Assembly (NCBI GenBank): GCA_027886905.1
Contig: JAPCJO010000001.1
Location: forward strand, 2,030-66,029
DNA: 64,000 bases
Reading direction: 5' to 3'
Origin: Nitrososphaerota archaeon
Lineage (GTDB): Archaea > Thermoproteota > Nitrososphaeria > Nitrososphaerales > Gagatemarchaeaceae
Every line of letters starts with the position of its first letter. The first letter of the stretch is position 1. Below are positions 53,807 through 62,569 of this stretch, piece by piece. A model generated the notes under the pieces. It was not told the DNA's origin. It was given only the letters and a program-made list of their open reading frames with translations, and did not search any database. A program made the translations under genes and the position numbers.

Positions 53807-54742
53807 TCATCTCTCGACAATGAACTCGTCGACCTCGCCGCCGAAGTGCCTCCCCCTGGCCTCGCCCGCGACGTGCACCAGGACATCGTCGCCCGCCTTT
53901 GCCTCCGTGATGGCCAGCGGGGTCCCGTCGGGGCGCACGAGCCTGATGGTCTCGGCGTTCTGGAGCATCGCCGTCCCCTCCTGGCCGTCGAACTCGGCCT
54001 CTATCATCACCAGCGGCCGCCTCTCCATCTTTATCCTGCCGACGATGGCGTCGCGCCTACCCCCTGACTTGTCCACGAGCTGGACCTTGTCGCCGCTCCG
54101 GAGCTCGGAGAGGTACCTCGTCTTCCCGTCGACCCCGAGGATGTAGCTGTGCAGCGCCCCAGCGTTGACCCTGAACGGCCGTGTCGGGATGTACTCCGTC
54201 GGCACGGTCTCGCTGTGCACCAGGAAGAAGAAGCTCGCCATGCTCCCTATGAGCATCCCCTCTCCGAGCTCGAGTTGAGAAGCGGTGTCGATGCAGACCC
54301 TCTCGCCGTCGCCCACGTCCACTATGCGCTTGATCTTTGCCCTTACCAGCGGGACTAGACGCCCCTTGCCCGCAGCGGCGGACATCACGCTCGCGATCAG
54401 GTCACCAGAGGACTTGAGCGAGGCGTAGGGTATCACCACTCCGTCGACTCCCTTCTCGAGTATCGAGAAGGCCAGCTTGATGTCTCCCTCCGACTTCATG
54501 AAGGCGTAGATCTTCCGGTGCTTGCGCCGGAACTCGCCGATGAGGTTCTCCAGTGGGATGATCTTCCAATTGGTGCAGTCCACGACGACGAACCTGTGAT
54601 CCCTGCTCAGCGCGGACTCGACCGCTACCTCGAGGTCCTTCGCGCCCCTCACCTCGACCCAGGCGAAGTCGCCGTCGCTCTCCCTGTATTCGTTGAGGCC
54701 CTCGCCGCCCTCGAGGTGCTTCGACCTGCCGCGGGTGAGCAC
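53807..54742 (-). CDS. aroB': 3-dehydroquinate synthase II (archaeal type)
   Basis: WKIIPLENLI, RVCIDT, GEGMLIGS, FLVHSET, RPFRVNAG and LQNAETIRLV closely match the Methanocaldococcus-type enzyme as I recall it. GTG at 54742 is the first canonical start, but the homologous frame stays open to 54841 (see findings). Confidence 0.9.
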   Translation of the reverse strand: MLTRGRSKHLEGGEGLNEYRESDGDFAWVEVRGAKDLEVAVESALSRDHRFVVVDCTNWKIIPLENLIGEFRRKHRKIYAFMKSEGDIKLAFSILEKGVDGVVIPYASLKSSGDLIASVMSAAAGKGRLVPLVRAKIKRIVDVGDGERVCIDTASQLELGEGMLIGSMASFFFLVHSETVPTEYIPTRPFRVNAGALHSYILGVDGKTRYLSELRSGDKVQLVDKSGGRRDAIVGRIKMERRPLVMIEAEFDGQEGTAMLQNAETIRLVRPDGTPLAITEAKAGDDVLVHVAGEARGRHFGGEVDEFIVER

Positions 54743-54824
54743 GCTGGCTATCCCGACCGCCTTCGCCTCCTTGAGGGCCTTAGGGACGTCCGAGATGTCG
54801 GTGACGTCGAGGACTATCTCTTTC

Positions 54825-55628
54825 TCAGGCGTCGGCAGCGCTCATGACCTCCATCGCCTCCTCCACGCTGCTCCTGTCTATCACTATCCGCCTTATCGCC
54901 CTCGTGATCAAGGTCGGGTCGCGGTGCTGGAACACGTTCCTGCCGAAGGTGACTCCCATCGCTCCCGCCTCCATGACGTCGTCCGCGAGCTTGAGTATCT
55001 CGGCGTCCGTCTCCACCCTCGCGCCGCCCGCGAGGACGACCGGGACCGGGCACTTCCTCACGACCTCCCTGAAGCTCTCCGCGTCGCCCGTGTAGACGGT
55101 CTTCACGATGTCCGCGCCGCTCTCGGCGCCTACGCGAGCGACGTGCGCGACGACCTCGGGGTCGGTGGGGTCCTTGATGTTCTCCCCCCTAGGGTACATC
55201 ATGGCGATGAACGGCACCTGGTACTCGTCGCACTGGTCGGCCACCATCCCGAGCTGCTCGAGCATCTCGGGCTCCTCCTTGGAGCCCATGTTGACGTGCA
55301 TAGAGATCGCGTCGGCTCCGAGCCTCAGGCCCTCTATGACCGAGGAGTTGAGCATCTTCCGGTTCGGGGCCAGGCTCAGGTTGGTGCTGGCGGAGACGTG
55401 CATTATCATCCCGATCGGAGCCGGCTTCTTGAGGGACTTTATCACTCCCTTGTGAACCAGGAACGCGGTCGCCCCGCCCTTCGCGACCTTGACGACCATC
55501 TCTTCGGGGTTCTCGAGCCCGGCAACCGGCCCTATCGTGAAGGAGTGGTCCATCGGGATGCAGAGCATCCTGCCGTTCTTGGTTATCCTGCTCAGCCTGA
55601 CCTGCTTTCCAAAGACCAAGGCTTCCAT
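54825..55628 (-). CDS. aroA': 2-amino-3,7-dideoxy-D-threo-hept-6-ulosonate (ADH) synthase, DhnA-type class I aldolase family
   Basis: IPMDH, ADIVKTVYTG and LAGGAR motifs of the DhnA/AroA-prime family. Directly upstream of DHQ synthase II. Confidence 0.85.
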   Translation of the reverse strand: MEALVFGKQVRLSRITKNGRMLCIPMDHSFTIGPVAGLENPEEMVVKVAKGGATAFLVHKGVIKSLKKPAPIGMIMHVSASTNLSLAPNRKMLNSSVIEGLRLGADAISMHVNMGSKEEPEMLEQLGMVADQCDEYQVPFIAMMYPRGENIKDPTDPEVVAHVARVGAESGADIVKTVYTGDAESFREVVRKCPVPVVLAGGARVETDAEILKLADDVMEAGAMGVTFGRNVFQHRDPTLITRAIRRIVIDRSSVEEAMEVMSAADA

Positions 55629-56699
55629 CTACTCCAGGTACCCTTCCCGCTCCATCAGCTCGGCCGTTAGGATCGCCGTGCCCGCCGCTCCCCTGATTGT
55701 GTTGTGCGAGAGCAGGGTGAGCTGTAGCGACCTGGCGTCGATTCCGTTCCTCACCCTCCCGACCACCACGCTCATGCCGGGGACGCTCCCCGCCATCCTG
55801 TCGAGGCGCGGCTGAGGCCTGTCGTTCTCCCTCCTCACGATTATCGGCTGGTCCGGCGCGGTGGGGAGCTTGAGCGTCTGCGGCTCGCCCCTGAACCGAG
55901 CGAGGGTCCTCTCGGCGTCCTCAGGGGAGATGTCCATCCCGAACTCCGCGTACAGCGTCTCCATGTGACCGTCTATGACCGCGACGCGGTTGCAGGATAT
56001 CCCCATCTCGATCGGACTGGGCTTGATGACCCCGTCCTTGAACGTGCCGAGGATCTTCTTCGCCTCGGCGGCGACCTTCTCCTCCTCGTTCTTGATGTAG
56101 GGGATGACGTTCTCCTGGATCGAGAGCGAGGGCACGCCGGGGAACCCGGCCCCCGAGAGAGCCTGCATGGTCGTCACTATCGCCTTCTCGGCTTGATATT
56201 CGTCGATGAGGGGCTTCAGCACCATCGAGAGTCCCGTCCCTGTGCAGTTCGGGGTCGTGGCGATCGCCCCCTTCCATCCTCTCTTCCTCTTCTGGGTCTC
56301 GAGGAGCCTGAGGTGCTCCGCGTTGATCTCGGGGATCATCAGCGGGACGTCAGAGTCCATGCGGTGTGCGCTCGCCTCGCTGACGACGATGAACCCCGCC
56401 TCGGCGAACTTCGACTCCACTTCCGCGGCCACCTCGGATGGGAGCGCGGAGAAGACGATGTCGCATCCCTTCGCGGACTCTGGTCTTGCTTGCTTCACCA
56501 CCTTCTCGGCCATCGCGGAGTCCATCGCGTCGGGGAAGAGCCAGTGCACGGCCTGGCCGTACTTCTTCCCGGCCGACTCGCCTCCCATCAGGACCTCCAG
56601 GTGCAGGTACGGGTGCTTCGGGAGCATGTTGATGTAGCGCTGCCCCACGGCGCCCGTCGCGCCGAGCAGGGCGGCCTTCACCTCTCTGTGTTTGGTCAT
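55629..56699 (-). CDS. asd: Aspartate-semialdehyde dehydrogenase
   Basis: LLGATGAVGQ, active-site PNCTGTGL, and SHNTIRGAAG. Confidence 0.95.
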   Translation of the reverse strand: MTKHREVKAALLGATGAVGQRYINMLPKHPYLHLEVLMGGESAGKKYGQAVHWLFPDAMDSAMAEKVVKQARPESAKGCDIVFSALPSEVAAEVESKFAEAGFIVVSEASAHRMDSDVPLMIPEINAEHLRLLETQKRKRGWKGAIATTPNCTGTGLSMVLKPLIDEYQAEKAIVTTMQALSGAGFPGVPSLSIQENVIPYIKNEEEKVAAEAKKILGTFKDGVIKPSPIEMGISCNRVAVIDGHMETLYAEFGMDISPEDAERTLARFRGEPQTLKLPTAPDQPIIVRRENDRPQPRLDRMAGSVPGMSVVVGRVRNGIDARSLQLTLLSHNTIRGAAGTAILTAELMEREGYLE

Positions 56700-57943
56700 T
56701 TTGATAGGAACTCTCCCCTTTTTTCCGCCGACCCCATCATCGCCTCTCTCACGAGGCCGTACGCCCGCTCCGAGTGCTCGGCGGAGACGAACACCCGCAC
56801 CGAGGAGAGGATTGTCACTATGCCGTAGACGTTGATGGACGCCTTGGCTAGCGGGCCGGTTATCCTCTGGACGACGCCGCGCTCGGTCTCGAGCGCGGCG
56901 CCCTTCACGGTTATCATCGAAAGGCGCGGGAACTCGGAGACGGCCTTCCCGATCTTGTCCTCCACCAGGACCTTGTGGACGCTGTCGAGCACGTTCTCCC
57001 CTCCGCCCACGTAGAAGATCGCCGCGTTGGCCTCCAGCGAGAGCGCGAGCAGGTCGCCGTGGGCCTCCCTGACCGCCTTGGCGGCGCGGATTATCGACTC
57101 GGTCTTCTCGGGGTTCAGCCCGACGAACGTAATCATCGACACCCTCTCGCCGAGGATCTCTACCTGGACGGGAGAGAGCTCGCCCTTGATGACCGTCCCG
57201 GAGTCGAGCTTTTCCAGGTTGGTCACCCTTATCCTAAGGCCTGAGGACTGGTATCGAAGCGCCTTGACGTGGAGGAACTTGGCCCCGCCCGCCGCGAGCA
57301 TCTCAGCCTCTTCCCCGTTTAGGCTCTCGATGAACTGGGGGTTCGTGACCTTGTCGGGGTCGCTGGAGTAGACACCCTCGACGTCCTTCACAAGGATTAC
57401 CTCTTTGGCGCCAAGGCAGTTGCCCAGCAGCACCGCGGTGGTGTCGCTGCCTCCCCTCCCGAGGGTGGTAGTCTTCCCTCCCACGGTCTTCCCAAGGAAG
57501 CCGCACACGACCGGGACCTTCCCGGCCGCGAGCAACGGGATGATCAGCTGCTTGGTCTTGGCCCTGCTCTCTTCGACGAGCGGGTTCGCGTCGAGGTGCC
57601 TCTCGTCGGTTATCACCGGCCAGTACGGGGTGTCGGGGTCCACTATCACGGACTGGAGCCCGAACGACGCGAGCGCCGCCGCCACGAGGCGCGCGCTCGT
57701 CTTCTCTCCCGAGGAGAGGAGCTCGTCGAGCAGATGCGGCTCTATCTCCGGGTTCTCTTTCTTGGAGAGGGCCATGATCTGGTCGGTAACGCCCTTCATC
57801 GCTGAGACCACCACGACCACTCCGACCCCCTTGGCCTTGGTCTCCTTGATCAAGGAAGCCACCTGGTCTACGGCCTTCTCGTTCTCAAGGACGGACCCGC
57901 CGAACTTGACTACGACGGTCTCTAGCATCTTAGTTGTGCTCAT
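56696..57943 (-). CDS. Aspartate kinase
   Basis: VVKFGGSVL, LGRGGSDTTA, and C-terminal ACT repeats. Confidence 0.9.
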   Translation of the reverse strand: MSTTKMLETVVVKFGGSVLENEKAVDQVASLIKETKAKGVGVVVVVSAMKGVTDQIMALSKKENPEIEPHLLDELLSSGEKTSARLVAAALASFGLQSVIVDPDTPYWPVITDERHLDANPLVEESRAKTKQLIIPLLAAGKVPVVCGFLGKTVGGKTTTLGRGGSDTTAVLLGNCLGAKEVILVKDVEGVYSSDPDKVTNPQFIESLNGEEAEMLAAGGAKFLHVKALRYQSSGLRIRVTNLEKLDSGTVIKGELSPVQVEILGERVSMITFVGLNPEKTESIIRAAKAVREAHGDLLALSLEANAAIFYVGGGENVLDSVHKVLVEDKIGKAVSEFPRLSMITVKGAALETERGVVQRITGPLAKASINVYGIVTILSSVRVFVSAEHSERAYGLVREAMMGSAEKRGEFLSK

Positions 57944-58131
57944 GGTGCATGACGCTCCTGCTGATTCTCGCGAAGGATACTGGAGCGCGAGTTAGTAACG
58001 AAAACCGAAGATGGGCTTCTGATAAGAGAGATATGGATAAACTGAACCGCCTCGTTGAAGCCTCATCTTTTCTCGGCCAAAACGGCTCGGGAATCGATAT
58101 TTATGCGTTGCCCCGCGGGGTGCTGTCCAAT

Positions 58132-58374
58132 CTACTGGACATCTCCCGGTTGTAAAGCTCTGGACTTCTCTTCACGGAGCCTCTGAGCACGCCTAACGAA
58201 GAATCTGCCGAGCATGGTGATTAGGAAGACGTTTGCAATCAAGAGAATCAAAAAGACAAGTCCGACCTGTTCGGTGCTCTCCGATGGGAATACAACAATC
58301 GAAGCGCCGGCTTCAAAGGAAGCGCCAATGAATGAACCGAAGGCTACGGAGAGCCACCTACGAATGCTCGCCAT
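58132..58374 (-). CDS. Hypothetical small membrane protein
   Basis: Two hydrophobic helices then a basic tail. Weak call. Confidence 0.35.
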   Translation of the reverse strand: MASIRRWLSVAFGSFIGASFEAGASIVVFPSESTEQVGLVFLILLIANVFLITMLGRFFVRRAQRLREEKSRALQPGDVQ

Positions 58375-58524
58375 TGGGCTTGACCTCTTTTTCCGATGTT
58401 GTTAGGCTCGCGTTCTGGATGACCGTTATCCAAGGGTTCTCGCCCTCGACCTTGATTCCCGCTGCCTCGGCAGGTGTCATGCCGTCGAGAGCCATGTGGG
58501 GCCTGAAGAAGTTGTGGTAGAGTT
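58358..58524 (-). pseudogene. C-terminal remnant of a DDE (rve/IS6-like) transposase
   Basis: The minus frame reads QLYHNFFRPHMALDGMTPAEAAGIKVEGENPWITVIQNA..., the typical ..RPH.AL.G.TPAE.. transposase C-terminus. It is bounded upstream by an in-frame TAG and has no catalytic core. Confidence 0.45.
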
Positions 58525-58572
58525 GCTACGACCGCGAAAAGTTCCAGAAATCTGTTGCTAACATATTAAATA

Positions 58573-60186
58573 GTGGAGCCGGGAGTGGCGAAAAAGCCTC
58601 ACGGTAAAGGTGTTAATGGTAGAATGGTTGACTCGGTTGTTTTCTCCCCAGTCGCCGACATAATCCTTGGGCTCTCTGTCCTGCTCAGCTTCTCCTTCTT
58701 CATCTACGGGATCAACACGCTCCATCTCACGAGGCGGGCGCGGGGCTATAACCAGCCGAGCCAGAACGGCATGTCGTCGAGGCCTGCGGTGGCGGTGCAC
58801 CTGCCTGTCTACAACGAATTCTATGTCGCGGACAGGCTTCTGAGCGCATGCGCCAGGATGGCCGACCACTACGGAAGGGACCTCGTGAGGGTCTGCGTCA
58901 TAGACGACTCGGACGACGAGACCAGAGACAAGCTCGATGCGCTCAAGAAGAGCTACAACGAGCAGGGTTACAACGTAGAGATACTCCGAAGGGGGACGAG
59001 GGCGGGGTTCAAGGCGGGGGCCCTCCAGGCGGCCCTGCAGAGGACGACCGAGCCGTTCGTCGCGGTCTTCGACGCGGACTTTGCGCCCGGCGAGGACTTC
59101 CTCGACCGGACGGTCCCGTTCATGCTCCAGGACGAGAAGGTGGGGTTCGTCCAGTGCAGGTGGACCCACTTCGACAGGACCTACAACATGATCACGGAGA
59201 CCCTCGCGATAGGGATAGACGCGCACTTCCTCCTCGAGCAGCCTGGGCGCTGGACGAGCGGCTACATGATGAACTTCAACGGGAGCGCCGGCCTCCTTCG
59301 GACTGCCGCCATAGTGGGCGCGGGAGGCTGGAACTCCGACACGCTCGCCGAGGACCTAGACCTGAGCTACCGCATGCAGCTCTCGGGCTACAAGCCAGTC
59401 TACCTCAAGGACGTCAAGGTCCCGGCGGAGCTCCCGCCGACGATAACGAGCCTGAAGAGGCAGCAAGGAAGGTGGGCGAGGGGCTCCATCCAGACCGCGC
59501 GGAAGGTCTGGCCAACCATCTACGCCTCCAAGAAGCTGTCCGTCAGGCAGAAGTTCGAGGCCTTCGTCCACCTCACCTACTACATGGTCCACCCTTTGAT
59601 GGTCGCATCCTTTGTGCTCGCGCTGCTCGCCACGTTCCTGAACGTGAACGTCATCAACTACGGAATCCACATCACTATCCCCAACCCGGCGGCTCTCTTC
59701 GGCGCCTCGGCGCTGTTGACGCTCGAGGTCGTGCCTTGGGCGGTCTTCACACTGATGATCGTCCTCTCGACCGTCGCGGTACTCTACTACTGCATCGAGG
59801 CCGTGAGGACGCAGCACCTCGGGCTCTTCCAGAACGTCAGGCAGATCCTGCTCCTTGTGATATTGGGCTACGGGATCAGCGTCAGCAACTCGGTGAGCGC
59901 CCTCTCCGGCCTCCTCTCCGGCCAGACCGGGGTCTTCCTCAGGACGCCCAAGTACGCCATCACCGGGAGCGCAGGGACTTGGAGAGAGAAGAAGTACCAG
60001 CTCGCCCTCAACAGGGTGACGGTCTTCGAGGCACTCGCCACCATCGTGGGAGTCATTGCCCTCATCTACGCGACGGCGGAGCGCAACTTCGGGATACTCC
60101 CTATCCTCGCGATCTACGTCTCGGGATTCGTCCTCGTGCTCTTCCTCACGCTCTCGCAGTCCGTCTCGAAGAAGCTCGGAAGCTAG
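58573..60186 (+). CDS. Processive family-2 glycosyltransferase (cellulose/chitin-synthase-like) with C-terminal TM domain
   Basis: DDSDD and FDADF motifs, the QxxRW motif (RQQGRWARG), and 4-5 C-terminal TM helices. Confidence 0.85.
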   Translation: MEPGVAKKPHGKGVNGRMVDSVVFSPVADIILGLSVLLSFSFFIYGINTLHLTRRARGYNQPSQNGMSSRPAVAVHLPVYNEFYVADRLLSACARMADHYGRDLVRVCVIDDSDDETRDKLDALKKSYNEQGYNVEILRRGTRAGFKAGALQAALQRTTEPFVAVFDADFAPGEDFLDRTVPFMLQDEKVGFVQCRWTHFDRTYNMITETLAIGIDAHFLLEQPGRWTSGYMMNFNGSAGLLRTAAIVGAGGWNSDTLAEDLDLSYRMQLSGYKPVYLKDVKVPAELPPTITSLKRQQGRWARGSIQTARKVWPTIYASKKLSVRQKFEAFVHLTYYMVHPLMVASFVLALLATFLNVNVINYGIHITIPNPAALFGASALLTLEVVPWAVFTLMIVLSTVAVLYYCIEAVRTQHLGLFQNVRQILLLVILGYGISVSNSVSALSGLLSGQTGVFLRTPKYAITGSAGTWREKKYQLALNRVTVFEALATIVGVIALIYATAERNFGILPILAIYVSGFVLVLFLTLSQSVSKKLGS

Positions 60187-60199
60187 ACTTAGCTCGAGA

Positions 60200-61216
60200 C
60201 TAGAGATCGGAGCTAGATTCCGGGGTCTGGGACAGGGCGCGCGTGGCGATCTTGCTTTCGCGCCGGAGTATCAGCACCACGAAGGCGATTATCCAGGGAA
60301 TGAAGATGAGCTCCCCGATGACGGAGTGGAACGCCTGGAAGGCCTGCGGGTTCGTGATGTTCCCCATGGCGTATGCGGCGAGGAGCACGAGCCGGAGCAC
60401 GTTCACGAGGAAGGACCCCACGACGCCGATCAGGAGATATGCCGTCCCCCTCCCCCAGCCCGTCCCGGCCTTCACGCAGATCGCGAAGACGACCAGCAGG
60501 CCGATGACGATGCCGTCAAGGCCCGCGGATGGCCAAAAGACCTGGAGGTTCAGTGTGTCCCCGACGTGGTTCTGGAGCGTCAGGACGTTCCCCTGCGAGT
60601 GGGCTGCGCCGGGGATGAATAGGTCGAGCGTCCCCGCCACCAGCCGGAGCACGGGAGGGACCACATAACCGAACGGGCCCAGGGTGTTCTCGGGAAGGAG
60701 GACGTCGATGAAAAGGAACGACGCCATCCCGACGGTGTAGATCAGCGGGGTTATCGTCTTCGACCCTCGGTCGAGGAGGAGCAAGGAGACGAGGAACACC
60801 GACGTGACGGCGTAGTCGATGCCCCAGACCCAGCTGAACTGCACGATGCTCTGGTTGACGCCCAGGTTCGTCCCGGCCGAAACCACGGCGTTGAAGACGG
60901 AGCTCTGGGCGTACGCGAAATAGTACACCGCGGCCGCTCCGAGGGTCAGCCAAGCCATGAGCGATTTCCTTCCGCTCTCGAGCGGGGCGAGAGACCTCTT
61001 CCCCGCCTCCAGGAAGACCAGCGGGACTATCGCCAGCATCGCCGACCTCCCTTCGTTCCAGGACCGGGTGAAGCTTATGGGGTCCGCGAGGAAGGCGACG
61101 AGCACCAGGATCGCGAAGTAGGCTATGTAGGGGACGCTCGCGGCCCTCCTCCTCGCTTCCCCCAGCGCGGTTGATACCCTCGGCTGCGCCGATACGCTCG
61201 CGACCAGACGACTCAT
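60200..61216 (-). CDS. Exosortase/archaeosortase-family membrane protein (candidate archaeosortase for PEF-CTERM)
   Basis: About 8 TM helices. The motifs appear in family order: VFWPSAGLDGIVIG (position of the catalytic CSG motif), NVLRLVLL (conserved Arg) and FHSVIGE (conserved His). Adjacent to a PEF-CTERM protein. Confidence 0.6.
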   Translation of the reverse strand: MSRLVASVSAQPRVSTALGEARRRAASVPYIAYFAILVLVAFLADPISFTRSWNEGRSAMLAIVPLVFLEAGKRSLAPLESGRKSLMAWLTLGAAAVYYFAYAQSSVFNAVVSAGTNLGVNQSIVQFSWVWGIDYAVTSVFLVSLLLLDRGSKTITPLIYTVGMASFLFIDVLLPENTLGPFGYVVPPVLRLVAGTLDLFIPGAAHSQGNVLTLQNHVGDTLNLQVFWPSAGLDGIVIGLLVVFAICVKAGTGWGRGTAYLLIGVVGSFLVNVLRLVLLAAYAMGNITNPQAFQAFHSVIGELIFIPWIIAFVVLILRRESKIATRALSQTPESSSDL

Positions 61217-61488
61217 CGCCCCGAAAATCCTTCGTTTCTCGACTGCCCTTCCGCATTATTAATAGTATGAAGACTTTGGTCCGGTTTCCTCGCAAGGGCC
61301 TTAGGCGAGGACTAGGAGGAGGGAGCAAGTGGGGCTCCTGGGCAGAGGTCATCCCTGTAGGGCCGCCTTGCAGATTAAGACTCTGCTAACAACTCCATAT
61401 CTTGCGATTCTCACATATGAACTCTAGATTCACATCTGTGGAGCGATACTCCATGGTGAATATATGCACAATAGCGTAGAAAAGCCTC

Positions 61489-62382
61489 ATGCGCATCAGG
61501 GCGCTAGAGGTCTTCATGACTGCAGTGTTAGGCTTCCTCTTTCTTGGTTCTGGGCTGCTCGGCGGGATTCCCTTTGCGTACGCAACGACGACTGGCCTCG
61601 ACCAGGCGACCTGTACCGGCACCTCTTACCCAGCCCTGGGAGGGTCATGGGACATCCCCACTTCGACCTGTACCTTGTCAGCCGGTACTTACACGATTAG
61701 TTCTGGGGACACTTTGGAAATTCCATCAGGAGCGACTCTCAGCTTCTCTGGTTCCGGAAGAGTCACCTCGCCCATTGGCGCTACTCTCGAGGTCGACAGC
61801 GGCGGCGCAATCACCGTCGAAGATCCCGGAGCCGCCCCCGGACTTAGCGTCATTGATAACGAGGGCAGCTTCACGAACTCCGGCACCATCACCATCGAAA
61901 ACTCCGTCATGGACAGCCAGGGCATCGCCAACATCGGCAGCTTCACGAACTCCGGCACCATCACCATCGAAAACTCCGGAACTGACACCGAGGGCATCAC
62001 CAACGTGGGCAGCTTCACGAACTCCGGCACCATCACCATCGAAAACTCCGGAAGCGGCAGCGCGGGCATTGTCAACTTCAGCGCTGGCATAATAACCAAC
62101 TCCGGCACCATCACCGTCGATAACTCGGGCACCGGCAGCGTCGGGGTCGCGAACACCGGGACAATCACTGACTTGAATTGCGGCGTTGTTGTAATAATTC
62201 ATACGGTCTCAGGTGGTGGCGGGACCTACACTGGAAATCCCGTGGAGCAATCCGGCAGTTGCAATACGACGGGTGTCCCAGAGTTCCCCACAGTCTCAGC
62301 TCTCAGCCCTCTCCTGCTTGTCGGACTGCTCCTTCCGGCCCTCTTGATTGCGAGCAGAAGATTCAGAAGACCTCTGCCATAG
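61489..62382 (+). CDS. Secreted repeat protein with PEF-CTERM sorting signal
   Basis: Signal peptide, tandem 24-aa repeats (GSFTNSGTITIENS...), and C-terminal GVPEFPTVSALSPLLLVGLLLPALLIASRRFRR (PEF motif plus TM plus basic cluster). Confidence 0.7.
   Translation: MRIRALEVFMTAVLGFLFLGSGLLGGIPFAYATTTGLDQATCTGTSYPALGGSWDIPTSTCTLSAGTYTISSGDTLEIPSGATLSFSGSGRVTSPIGATLEVDSGGAITVEDPGAAPGLSVIDNEGSFTNSGTITIENSVMDSQGIANIGSFTNSGTITIENSGTDTEGITNVGSFTNSGTITIENSGSGSAGIVNFSAGIITNSGTITVDNSGTGSVGVANTGTITDLNCGVVVIIHTVSGGGGTYTGNPVEQSGSCNTTGVPEFPTVSALSPLLLVGLLLPALLIASRRFRRPLP
61864..62079 (+). repeat. Three tandem 72-nt coding repeats, plus a degenerate fourth to about 62127
   Basis: Units start at 61864, 61936 and 62008. 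The first 42 nt (GGCAGCTTCACGAACTCCGGCACCATCACCATCGAAAACTCC) are identical in all three. Confidence 0.85.
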
Positions 62383-62569
62383 CGGCTCAGGAGCTTCCAC
62401 CCAAGAGCCTTAGCGAAGCGCTTCGTGCATACGACTCCGCCCAGCCAGGTTTGAGAAGCAGGGCATCATCCATCAGATTCAATGTGGTTTAGAAGGCAAG
62501 TCCCTCTGCTTCGGCCAATGAAGCTCCAAGGGGGCTTCTAAATATGCCACCAGTGTTCGCCATATTAAT

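Noticed and set aside
58848-60203. 451-aa plus-strand ORF overlapping the GT2 gene in another frame
   Set aside because: It is an Arg/Pro/Gly-rich alternative frame. The GT2 frame carries the D,D,D,QxxRW motifs.
61864-62127. Regularly spaced direct repeats considered as a CRISPR array
   Set aside because: The period is 72 nt and in frame, within a secreted protein gene. The spacers are partly conserved and encode the variable part of a protein repeat. There are no cas genes.
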